Source: Negaprion brevirostris
Taxonomy: Eukaryota
Reading direction: 5' to 3'
DNA: 64,000 nucleotides
Assembly: GCA_030324005.1 (NCBI GenBank)
Contig: JARDVH010000130.1
Span: forward strand, 34,631,341-34,695,340
Shown: piece after piece, positions 36,705 through 48,899 of the stretch
Numbering within the stretch: the stretch's first letter is position 1
How the letters are laid out: every line of letters begins with the position of its first letter
Position numbers and translations under genes: made by a program
Notes under the pieces: model-generated
Database searches by the model: none
Seen by the model: only the letters and a program-made list of their open reading frames with translations
What the model was told of the DNA's origin: nothing

Positions 36705-36939
36705 CTGAGATGACAAAAAATTAAAAATGACAAAATCTTGAATAACTCAAAAACAAAAAAGCCAGCTAAAAATACAAGAATATAGAATTAGTTAAATTTA
36801 TCAATACACAGTGAACAGCCTTAAAATAACCAATAGCATGGATAACTCTAAGGATCCAGTGTGCCGATCGGGCCCAGGGAGGGAGCAGGGGCAGAAGGCC
36901 CAGAGGAAGTGAGGGGCCTGGGACAACGGTGAGGTGGTC

Positions 36940-38210
36940 ACAACAAAATAGGGAGCAAGAACAAGAAGGAGCAAGCCCCTCGAGCCTGCTTTGCCATTCA
37001 ATACCACCAGCACTCAGCTGACTGTGGCCTCAACTCCATATTTCTGCCCACCCCAATATCTTTCCACTCCCTCATTAGTCAAGAATCTTATCAATCTCTG
37101 CCACAAAGATAGTCAACATCCTTGCCACCACCCACTGGGGAAGAGAGTTGCAAAGACGCTCGACCTTCTGAGAAAAAAGTTTTCATCTCATTCTTAAATG
37201 GAAGACCACTTATTTTTAAACTGTGTTCCCTAGCTCCAAATTTTTTCACAAGGAGAAACATCCTGTCAGCATCCACCTCATCAAAACCCCTCAGGGCTTG
37301 CATATTTCAATAAAATCCACCTCTCCATTCTTCTAAACTCCACAATATTTCCATATTAAAGTAAATTTCCCCATCCCTTAAACCAGAATCATAGAAATCA
37401 GAGAACCTGTACAGTGCAGGAAAAGGCCATATGGCCCATCGAATCTGCACTGACCACAATCCCACCCAGGCGCTACCCCCCATCCACCCGCTAATGTGAA
37501 TGTGATGTTTATGAGCAATCTATTCAGCTGAAAAGTATCTATGCAGTGGAATTGAAATGAATGAAACTTGTCATATTACTCAATAAGTTGGGAACCACTG
37601 CCCTATACAACTGTAGCTAAACATGCTCATTTCTATATTCCATTCCTGTTGCTATAAATGACAAAANNNNNNNNNNCATTTTGTGACTCATGTACCAGGA
37701 CTCCCAGATTCCTCTGTATCAGAATTCTGTAGTGTCCGTCCGTTTAAATACGATGCTGCTGTTCTATTCTTCCTGTTAAAGTTAACAAGTTCACATTTTC
37801 TGTACTTTATTCTCCATCTCCCAAATGTTTTACCCACTCACTGTTTCCTTATCCTTTTGCAGCCTCTTATGTTTTCCTCAAAACTTATTTTTCTTTGTGT
37901 CATTGGCAGAGTTAGCGATCATCATCCATGTCACTGATTAAATTGCAAATCATTGAGATTTCAGCACTGGTCCATGTGGCCCTTCACCCATCTCATCCTG
38001 CCAACCCAAAAATGACCACTTTTTGCCTGCTAGCTAAGCAATTCCCTACCCATGCTAAAATGTTACACCATGAGCTCATATTTTACATAGTAACGTATGA
38101 TGTGGCATTTTGTTAAATGCCTTCTGAAAAACTTAGCATATCACGTCTACAGGTTCACCTTTATAAACATTGCTTGTTACTTTCTCAAAGAACTCTAATT
38201 GGTCAAACAC
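36940..38210 (-). mobile_element. Decayed CR1 (3' tail and RT) with a V-SINE tail at ~37385-37490
   Basis: LRGFDEVDADRMFLLV..REHSLKI motif. FQKAFNKMPH readable near 38100-38130. Confidence 0.75.
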
Positions 38211-39568
38211 AATTTCCCCTTTCACTCTCCAAATGTCATGCGTTCCCAGTTTCATCTCATTTGTGGACAGGCCAAGATTGTAAATTTTAAAAATCTAGCA
38301 CTCAGTTAAACTTGCACATTCTTGAACATATTAGTACCTAATTCATGTAGCTGACAGGATCTGCAAGCAGGTTACTAACAATTTGTTTTTATATAGCACC
38401 TTGTAGTTAGTGTAGGGAAGGGGAATACCAAATGACAACTGGACCACAGAAAAATTTGGAGGGTAAAGATACAACAAATTCCTCAAAATAATGTTTTGAA
38501 GCTATACTTCCATACCTTGTTACAGACTACTGTTGCCAGAACTGATGTGTATGCATCCCCTGTAACTAGTTACAGCGACACTAACAGTCACTTACAGGGA
38601 AGTGTAACTATTCTTTATTAGAAGGGAGGCAGATCTTTCACAGGAATCTGTGAATCATAGGAGGCTGACATTATTTGCAGGCAAACTGATCCTACCAGCC
38701 CTAGGGTCCACCGTGGTCCTACCACTAGGTTTGGCCTCACCCTGAGAATCCGAGACACTTGTAGCAGACTGTAGTCACAGGAAGTTTCTGATTAAGTCGG
38801 CAGTTCCAATTGAAAAGGAATTCACAAGATTCTAACTACGTAAAACATATTAGGATTAAGAAATTGCTTTCTACAATGAATTTTGTACTTGAGTTTGACC
38901 TAACCCTGTCAATGGCACATCATACTTACTAAAAAGCTCTCAGGCACTCAATTCTGAGTAATGCAATGTGATAGCTGCAGTCTTCATTCCCTTACTTGAC
39001 TGATTTACTCAAATCATCAAATAAAATTTCTATTGAACTACATCCATTTTAATCACAGAATGTCACACAGATACAGAATGCTCAATGAAAATAAATAATA
39101 TACACAGAAACATAAGTTGGTAAAAGGAAAATCTCAACTGTTGGAAACATGAGACAGTGTAACGGCAAAGGCACCTTAATCAACTCCGTTATAGGCAGAG
39201 CTGTCAATCTTTATGGAAACAAAGTTCATTCAATTTAACAAAACCAAGACCCATCTCCACTACAGCAGACTCTTCCAGATTCAATTTCCTGAATAACAAA
39301 ACTAAATTTTGAAAAGAATTCTGACATTTCTTCACCCGAAACTAATTCATAAAAATCCCCAGGGCAACGTTCATGAAAAAAATGTTATTACGTCATTTCC
39401 AGGATCATCATTCTGAAAGAAAGTAATTGATCCATACTGCTCTTCCCTTCAGTCACAACCTAAACAGGAATGACTGTATATTTAAAAATGCACCACTCTC
39501 CTAATTCTTACCTATTCCTTTCATAAAGTGCATGTAACTTGAATTACTTCAGACAATACTAAGCTTTT

Positions 39569-39774
39569 ATAAACACAAAATACTGTGGATGCTGGAATCT
39601 GAAACTAAAAAAAGGCTGGAAAATCTCAGCAGGTCGGACAGCATCTGTGGAAAGAGAATAGGGCCCTTAACCAGAGCTCTGATGAAGGATCATCCAGACT
39701 CAAAACACTGGCTATATTCTCTTGCCCCAGATGCTGTCAGACCTGCTGAGATTTTCCAGAGTTTTCTGTTTTTA
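39569..39774 (+). mobile_element. Penelope-LTR-derived fold-back element with 14-bp TSD
   Basis: AATACTAAGCTTTT at 39555-39568 and 39775-39788. Arms ctggaaaatctcagcaggtcggacagcatctg / cagatgctgtcagacctgctgagattttccag. CTGATGA at 39679-39685. Confidence 0.85.
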
Positions 39775-40639
39775 AATACTAAGCTTTTCCTCCACATCAA
39801 AAGTCCTCATGCTGGCTCTGTCATCGTCTGATATGTTCTCATTATCATACCGCTTTCTACAAAATATGCGCTATAAACAGAACACTGTTTTTTTAAAAAA
39901 AACACAATCACAGAAAATCCCTCTTTTTTCTTAAACAGGATCACAGACCATCCCTTTTCTTTGAAAAGGATCAGTTTGTAGGGCTCCCCAATTTGAAAAA
40001 TACTGCTTTAGCACAATATACCATGTTCAATGGAAGATTGCTTAGGCAGCCCATTCCAAACCCTCTTCCAATCTATGCAAATTTGGAATTACTTGTTCCA
40101 GTTGCAAGAATGTGGAGGAAGAGAGAAAAGACAGGAGGAGAGCTCAGGAGCTGAAGGCCTCCCTGTGTACTAAGCTGTTCTGCTAATTAGCCACCTGGTT
40201 TTTAAAAAATGATCAACGTTTGATAGACAGCAATGAATTTCTAAGTGCCTCACAACTTTAAAGTTCTCCTTCACCACAACACTACCTCTATGTTAAGGAA
40301 AGAACAGCGCCTGCCAAGATTCGGNNNNNNNNNNNNNNNNNNNNNNNNNNNNNNNNNNNNNNNNNNNNNNNNNNNNNNNNNNNNNNNNNNNNNNNNNNNN
40401 NNNNNNNNNNNNNNNNNNNNNNNNGGTTGTGAAAAGCAAAAAGCATTACTGGAAGAGATTGATGAAAATTTGAGCTTCAGCTTAAGTTTGTTTTTCTTTC
40501 AGTAGTGTGAACATTTAATTATGCAAAATGAATTTCTAAAAACAACACAATAGCCAAGGAATGCTAGCTACTACAAACCAAAATTATCTAATGTTTTACG
40601 TTAAACAATACAGTTTTCTATCTAAACAAAGCAAATATT

Positions 40640-41010
40640 GGAATGCAAGACCAAAGACAATCTTAGCATCTCTGCCCAAAATAACTTGCATCCATATTGC
40701 ATCACCAAGCCACAACAGGAAACTCTAGGACAGGTAACTAAAAGTTTTGTCAAAGAGCTGGATTTTAAGGAGTGGCTCAAAAGACATAGTGCCAGAGGGG
40801 TTTTAGGGAGGAAATTCCAGAGCTTTGGACCTAGTTAGAAGGCACCATTACCAATGGTTGGGCAGTTAAAATCATGGAGATGTAAAAGACCAATGAACTT
40901 TTAAGAACATGCAGAATTTGCAGAGTTGGAGAGCTGGAGGATGTAACAAAGATAAACAGTGATATGGTCAAGAAGGGCTTTGAAAGCATGGGTGAGATTT
41001 TTAACAACAG
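40640..41010 (-). mobile_element. L2 LINE 3' tail
   Basis: Reverse complement of the tail seen at 34550-34940 (ttggtcaaagag, gggaggaaattccagagc, atgggtgagattttt). Confidence 0.65.
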
Positions 41011-41339
41011 CTTTAAGAATTGTCTGCAAGTGCCACCAGGAACAACTGGCACCATTTAAAACATGAAGGTGAACAAAGTTAATTGCTTTTCTCTCTGCAA
41101 ATCACAAATGTTGGGAAAAAAACAAAAGCACCCCAACTCAGATTACCTACATACTCCTATTCTTCCTTCCCTCCCACCTTCAACAGCTACAGGCTCAGGA
41201 ACAGCAGTAAGCTTGATAGAAAGAACATATGCACACACACAGCCTGTTTCAGCTAAACAAAACATTAACAGCCATTCCTCAGGGAAACGCCATGATCAAT
41301 CTGGATCAAACTGCCTGATTTAAATTTAAAACAATGCTT

Positions 41340-41525
41340 GGCAGATAACTGATAACCACCTGATGCATTTTCCATGCCAACACTTCAACCAACCAGAATT
41401 TACTTGCCAATCAGCGCCTTCTTTTCATACAGTATAAATTGCTGTTTTCTCGACATATTGGCATTCTTGTGTAGTGGTCTGATGCGTGCAAGATGGAAAG
41501 CTTTGATGTGTCTCTTTTTCAGCAA
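41340..41525 (+). mobile_element. Penelope-like 3' end/pLTR fragment
   Basis: Reverse-complement homologue of 31230-31400. Decayed hammerhead-like ctgatgcgtgcaagatggaaagc. Confidence 0.6.
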
Positions 41526-42600
41526 CAGACAGGAAATATTGCATCGATCAATGAGAAAAACTGGGTAATTTTGACCTTTTTGGCTTGTGTTTAATGCAGA
41601 TGTTCACTGAATAATTAAAAGTTCATTCACACCACCGGTTGCCTGATAGATCAAGCAGGTTGTGACTTAGGATACTTATAGAGGATACTTCCCAGAACCA
41701 GGAAATTTTCAATTTTTATTTGAGCAGGAAGAAAAGAGGGAGAAAGAATAATTGCCTCAGTAAACTCAAACCTATCAGCAGGCAGCAAATTCTCTCCATA
41801 GTGTTTATTTTGATATTCTCATTACAAGATGACAAAGTAATAAAGTTTGTGCGATGGGTATGTGGCTCAAGTGTTTTTTTTGTTGGTAACAGCAAAGTAC
41901 GAATGAGAGTTGGTAGGGACTGCCCAAATCCACTTCAACTACAGGTTTATTTGGGTCTCAAAAAAAAACAAACTTTAGTTTTACCAGTCTGAGCTAAACT
42001 CAAGCTCAACCCAGTGTACCATTAGACCCTAAGGAAAAGGGAACTCCAATCAATTATAAAGCTAGTCTTTAAGAAAGTCAACACTATAAACTTTGTTAAC
42101 AAACTAGCTTGGAGCAAGTTACAGAACATTTTGCCACTTCCTAGCTTTTGCCAAATTTCAGGGTACCTCAAATCATTTCTGTATATTTGAAATATATTTC
42201 AATTTTCCACATCAGTACACCTTCGCAGTCTCTAGGACTGCCCCACTGACATCAAAGTCAAATATTTTCTTCCTCACTAACTTGTAGTTTAACTCCAGTT
42301 CGTTGGTACCAACCCAAGCCTTCACTTTAGCTGATAAAATACTTGCTAAATTTCAATAACCACTAAGATGATTGTGCAATCATTCCTGTGATTGTATTTA
42401 CTGATTACATTGATACAAAACACTTATTTTGTCTTATGTTGTATATGGATTGCAGCGGTTCAAGGTACACCACTATCTTTACAAGGGCAATTAGGGATGG
42501 GCAATAAATGCTTGCCTAGCTAGCGATGCCCACAACCTATGCATGATTTTTTTTTTTAAAATAAGGCCTTTCATCGTATAATTGCATCTNNNNNNNNNNC

Positions 42601-42696
42601 TTAGTAGACAACACTACCAAAAATGCACTATTTTCTTTCATGGATGGGTTTTCGGGCCATGACCAAATCAAAATGGCAATTGAAGACATGGAAAAT
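42601..42696 (+). mobile_element. Ty3/Gypsy reverse transcriptase fragment of plant Tat/Ogre type (suspected contaminant)
   Basis: In-frame LVDNTTKNALFSFMDGFSGHDQIKMAIEDMEN starting immediately after the 10-N gap. Confidence 0.8.
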
Positions 42697-44037
42697 ATCC
42701 TTCCCTTCCAAACACATCTCTGGATTAAGTCAAAGAATAAAAGAAAATGTGTTAATTCTCTCAACAAGGGTCAATGATATATTAAGCCAACAGTTAAAGA
42801 TAACTGGAATGCATCTTCCTTTATACAGTGGTAATGTGTTGCACCTTCCTCTTGCTAATCTGAAATCAGAAATAACAGCTGATCCTAATTGGATTACAAA
42901 AAAAACGTTCCTCCACATTACTCAGAATTTATAGCGAGACCCTATTATAACCCTTCAAATAAAAACACCAAAAATGTCAGGATTGATTTTTCAACAAAGT
43001 AACTGACTCCTTATGGCATGCAACAGTGAATATATTTTGTATGGCATTCTGAGATTTTGTCACTGATATCTTGACTTTTTCTTCTGAACCTTGATGCCCA
43101 TGCTGCAACAGGTCTTTAGGAAGAGTTTGCCATTGGGCTCCTTCTAGCTTTGGCTGAGAGATTTGTACTTGCTGGAAATTCATTAATGCTGTGTTATTCT
43201 ATTTTTCTGAATAATAGTGATGCTTAATATAGACATAAATACTTCTAGAGGTTGGAACTAATGATATTTTTATTTCCTTTGTCTGATTATCCAATCTTCC
43301 AAAGCAAAAACTAAATACTGCAGATGCTGGAATTCCAAAATAAAAACAAAAAGCTGGAAATACTCAGCAGATCAGAGTTCTAATTAAAAGTCGCCGATAA
43401 GAAACAATAACTCAGAATACAATTTAACGCATCTATATACAAACACAAGTACAAACATGCGAATTAGGAGCAGGAACAGGCCATTCCACCCCGAATCTGA
43501 TGACCATTCAATAAGATCGTCACTGATCTGATTGTGATCTCAACTTCACATTCCACCTACCCTTGTTAGTCAAGATGGGGTAGTACAAATGTAGATAATA
43601 GATCAGAAAAATCTGAGGAACTTAGTGTTTGTTAGGGATATATAAAAGAAATAGAAGCTGAAAGCATCCAGAAATGAAGCAAACAATGAGATGACTCTCT
43701 TGATTACATGCTGTCTATTTCACTTCCACATTTCTTAATGTCCTCTTGCAGCTCCTAAAAGGGCCACATGATCATGATGCCATCAAATAATGCATTCCTG
43801 AAACAAGAGCTTCGTGTGTGGCTTCTGGTAGAATTCTCACCCTTGCTGTCAAATTTCTGTGTCAACCCTCTTATTTCAAGCCTCTTCTGTCTCCCATTTT
43901 TAATTGCTCCACCATTGTACCTTCAGATGCCAATTTCTAATTGCCTTCCTAAGCTTTTCTAGTTTCTTTTCTCCTTGAGGATGCCCGTAAAACCTCTCTC
44001 TTTGACCAACTTTTTGGTCACTTGTCCCAATATCACA

Positions 44038-44361
44038 GAATCATAGAAACCTTCCAATGTAGAAGGCGATCATATGGCCCATCTGACTGTCCGACAAAGC
44101 ATCTTACCCACGCCTTAGCCCCATAACCCCACATATTTACCCCACTAATCCCCCCAATCTACACATTTGGGAACACCAAGAGGCAATTTAGCATGGCTAA
44201 TCAACCCAACCTGTACATCTTTGGACGAGGGAGGAAATCGACGCAGACACTGGGAAAAAGTGCCAATTCCACAAAGACAGTCACCCAGGGCCGGAATTGA
44301 GCCCAGTGCCCTGGCCCTGTGAGGCAGCAGCAGCACTAACCACTTTGCCACCGTTCTGCCC
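44038..44361 (-). mobile_element. HE1-type V-SINE
   Basis: Reverse complement of head, partly deleted V domain and tail. Confidence 0.88.
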
Positions 44362-45017
44362 ATCTCTTCTGCAGGTCAGAGTTTCATATCAGCATAAAGG
44401 AAGGAAAACACAGTAAAACTGGGAAAGAAGAATAAAAATCTGAACTGGTCTTGCACCACTTTAAAATGGAACACCAGTAAAATGGGAAAAGGGCACTGGT
44501 CTATATTGTTTTTATCCTTCTGCAGTGACATTGTAGTGCTGTATAAATTCAAGTTGCTGAAGGCCTATTTCTCCCTCACTTTGGTGATTGTCCCCATTTC
44601 TTAATCCATCTTCTAAACCAATATACCCCAACATAAAATTTACATACATATATTAATTTCAAATATCACAATGGCGATGCCAAACATCAGTACTATTGCA
44701 TAATACAACTACAATTGTATTAGTCACAACCAATTATGTAAGTATTCAAATAATTTTTTTTTAAAGAATGAATATTGGCCAGGATAGTAGGAAGAGGGGT
44801 ATGGTCAACACAAGGCAAGGGCTGGGGCTAGAAGAGATGGAGTTCAACGGATTGGCACTGGGAGGGTCTTAGGATGAGCAGTGGTGTTGATGAGTTATTG
44901 AAGCTTGCATTCTTTAATGCAAGTCCCCTACGAATGGCCACTAGCACCCCTTCCCCTTGCTTTTTGGCTATGACTCACCTCTACAGTGTAAGTATCTTGC
45001 ATTTTCTATGCCTTTTA

Positions 45018-45148
45018 GCTTTGACAAAGGGTCAGCTGGACTTGAAACAGCTCTTTTCTCCTTACAGATGCTGCCAGGCCTGCTGAGATTTTCCAGCATT
45101 CTCTCTTTTGATTTGAGATTCCACCATCTGCAGTAATTTGTTTTTATC
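45018..45148 (+). mobile_element. Penelope-LTR-derived fragment (family of 39569-39774)
   Basis: ttgacaaagggtcagctggacttgaaac...cagatgctgccaggcctgctgagattttccagca. Further fragments at ~9835-9985, 43305-43415, 59385-59500 and 62450-62550. Confidence 0.7.
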
Positions 45149-46599
45149 CAAGGAATCTAATTCCTGCCCAGTTACTCAATTTCTGAATTTGCTAATATAG
45201 CAGCTCATATATTTGCCGTTATAAATTTAGTAGGTTTTAAATTTAGTATCATCTTTTCTCTCGGTAGTTGTCAGTCTTTGAAAGTGAAGTCAGTCAATTC
45301 CCAGTCAATATTTGCAGATTTCCCAAAGAGAAAAGTTTGAAAACTGCAGTTCTACGAAAGGCCATGAATGATGGCTATTTTATTACTTCCCTGAACTCTT
45401 AATAATCTTCCAAATGAAATATTGCATCCTCCTGTAAAATGATCCCTATGCAATTCCCAAAAACTGAATTTTGCAATTGATGTACCATGCTCACATTTTC
45501 AACAGACTCAAAAATGCATACTAGTTCACTCAACAACAAAACTATTCATGATTGTTATTATTTCATTTACTGTCCCCTTGTCGTCAATTTAATCCTTAGC
45601 TCTGTATAAGCTCACCAGAGAGATAACTAATGGAGTACAATCAGCACTGCAAGGTCCTGTATACGAAACATATATAACCTTGCATTCTCAATACGCTTTA
45701 AGCCAAGAGGGAACGATAAAGTTCCAGCACACCTCAACCTGTCAGATTGTAGTGTATATTATGAGAAAAGGCTCTCAAACTATGCAGCTATTTTTTCCAC
45801 CGGGAGTGCACATTTGAGTCCAGACAAATGATACAAGGTTCTAAATTAAGAATCAATTTGGATGCTCTCTAATCCACAAAAAGCAAAACAAGGAACTTAG
45901 AAGTGAAGGGATGTTCAATTTTATTAGTCTTTAAAAGTATTCTTTGCTACTTTGACCTTGCAGTTATATCAATGCACAGCCAACCATGTTAACAAATTTT
46001 CTCCATTTCGTCTTCATGATCTTCAGATATCTCTAATTCACTAAGCAATCATCAAAAGTGTTGGATGTGTTAATTGAGACAACTCAGCTCATACGGAGTA
46101 TTTGGGGCCCATTGTTGAAAACATCCTGTTCCTCGCCCAAAGAAGAAATTGAAAGTGATGTTAAATGGCATCTCACTCAACAGAGAAAGTGGAGAAACAA
46201 AGCAGGCCACAGTGAGTAAATGGAAAAGCTTCTAATTTAATCTAAATTAATCAACTAGAAAGTATGGCTTGATCGATTCATTAGTATAAAAACTAACAGC
46301 TAAATCCAATTTGATGATTTTATCATATAATTAAAGATCAGTGCTCAATTAATCAACCAAATCTAGAAGATAAAGTTAAAATTAAATAATCCTGTATTAC
46401 TTTGAGCAAAATCTAAGCTACTGCATTGACATCATATTTCCAAATATTTAACTGCACTTACAATTCACTAATCTTACTTACCAGACTCCATACATTCACA
46501 AACATACAGTACAACTAATTTACACATTATATTCTCTCTTATTCTGAAACCACACAATACCTTACTATATCCTCTCTAGTTCTATCTGTCTCTTACAAT

Positions 46600-46885
46600 T
46601 CTCTGTGCACCTTGGTTTTCCTTTTGAATATTACTCCTGGTTCCTGTACCTCTGTGGAGTTACTTTAATCTGCCCCTTACAAATCATCCCACAAGGATAT
46701 TGGTTTTCTTTCTGTTCAGGTTCAACCTTTCCAGTTTATACAGATCTGATCTTTCTAAGAAGTGGTCCCAATGTCTCAGGGATCTAAAGCCCTCCCTCCT
46801 GAACCATCTCTTTAGCCACATATTTGTCTGCTCTATCCTCCTACTTCTATGTTCACTTGCTCGTGGTATGTGAAACAATTCATGG
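46600..46885 (-). mobile_element. CR1 ORF1 esterase (SGNH-like) C-terminal fragment
   Basis: PRASEHRSRRIEQTNMWLKRWFRREGFRSLRHWDHFLERSDLYKLERLNLNRKKTNILVG. Confidence 0.8.
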
Positions 46886-46914
46886 ATTACTATTTTTACT
46901 CAAAACTTTTAAGT

Positions 46915-47945
46915 ACTGTGAACTGTGGGAATGATGGTGTTAAATTTTAAACTTCCAAAGGACATAGACAGGATGGTGGAATAAGCAGACAAGAAACAAA
47001 TGCATTTTAATGCAGAGAAATATAAAGTGATTCATTTTGGTAGGAAGAATGAGGAAAGGCAATACAAAATAAAGAGTACAATTCTAAAAGAGGTACAGAA
47101 GGAGAAACAGCTGGGGTATATGGGCACAAATCACTGAAAATGGCAGAGCACGTTGAGAAAGTGGTTAATAAAGCATACAGGATCCTGGGCTTCATAAACA
47201 GGTTTGTAGAATATAAAAGTAAGGAAGATAAGATAATCCTGTATGAAACACTGGTTCAGAACCAACTGGATTATTGCCTGCATTTCTGCTCACCAAATTT
47301 TAGAAAGGATGTGATAGCATTAGTGAGGGGACAGGAAATGTTTGGAGAATGGTTCCAGGAATCAAGAACTTGAGCTACTCAGATAGATTGGAGAAACTGG
47401 AACAGTTCTCTTTGGACGAAAAAAATGATTCAGAGAAGATTTCACTCGCAGCCAGTTCAGATATTGCACCGTGCTTTCAAGGATATTTTNNNNNNNNNNN
47501 NNNNNNNNNNNNNNNNNNNNNNNNNNNNNNNNNNNNNNNNNNNNNNNNNNNNNNNNNNNNNNNNNNNNNNNNNNNNNNNNNNNNNNNNNNNNNNNNNNNN
47601 NNNNNNNNNNNNNNNNNNNNNNNNNAAAGACATGCTGGTTAGGTGAATTGACCTGACAGGTGCTGAGCTGTGACGACTAGGGGAATTTCACAGTAACTTC
47701 ATTGCAGTGTTAATGTAAGCCTTACTTGTGACTGATAAATAAACTTTTTACTTTAAAAAGTGTGGTAGAGACAGATTCAATCAAGGCTTTCAAAAAAGAA
47801 TTGAATAATTATCCAAATGAAAAATTGCAGAGCCACAGCAAAAAGCCAAAGGAATGGGACTAAGTGCATTGCTCTTCGCTAAGAGTCGGCATAAATTTGG
47901 TGGACCGAATTACCTCCTCATGTGGTGTAAGTGGTCTGTGGTTCT
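46915..47945 (+). mobile_element. CR1 3' fragment with V-SINE tail at 47626-47750
   Basis: EKVVNKAYRILGFINR..LYETLVQNQLDYCLHFCSPNFRKDV. Confidence 0.85.
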
Positions 47946-48899
47946 ATAAATGTAACCTTTTTATAATTATTAACACTGTGCAGCAATCATGCACTACAGC
48001 CTAAATCAAATCAGCTGTTAGCAATGTAGAACTTCAGTGTACTCCTCCGCAACAACCTTGTCCTAGTCCCAGCAACAACATTTCACCCATCAGATTTCCT
48101 TGTTGTCTACGTGTGGCATTTTAATGTAAATCTACAGATTCAACCCTTCGGAGTTTAGGCTGATAATGTCCCAAGCCCCTGCAGTTAGGGACCCACAATC
48201 GGCAAAGGGGAAAATATTCATACAATTGGTCTTAATTGGGACTGATTTAAAGAAAACATCCAAGAAACTCAGAGTCCTTTCCAACACAAAAAATGCAAAC
48301 GATTAGACTTGAGCATTTCAGCTATGCTGGAAACAAACTCAGATGCAAGCTGATTATTAGCAACAGAAATCTGAACAAAGTGTTCACCATAAGAAAAGGT
48401 TAAGGTTTAAGTTTGGATGTAACAATTAACAACAATAAAGGCTGGTAGGTTTATTTTAACATGGATCACCATCTCAAACAAGTTCAGAAGTTGGATGGAT
48501 TTCTAAGCAAAAATTGAAGGATGTGGCCAACAAGTAGGTGAAATCCATTAAAACTGACAGATTCAGCAGACCTTAAGAGTAACTATCCCTGCCTCCATCA
48601 TATTCTATATTTTTATGTCCTATAAACTATACAGGCCCCCCCTAATGTAATTGATGCACTGTCTGGTTCATTTCATTGCAGCTTTAGAACTCTGCAGGGG
48701 CTGGAGAAGACATTTGAAAGGCACACCTGGTGTGAGAAGGCATAAAACATCCATCACACAGGTTTACATGCATTACAAATTCTGCTTCAGTGGCAACAGT
48801 CCACTCCAATAACTGGCCTCAGTACCTTATTTGTTATGGGACTTTACTCTCAACGTGCCAAAGTGCGAGACTGGGGCCTCACTTACCTCAGGAAGCAAA

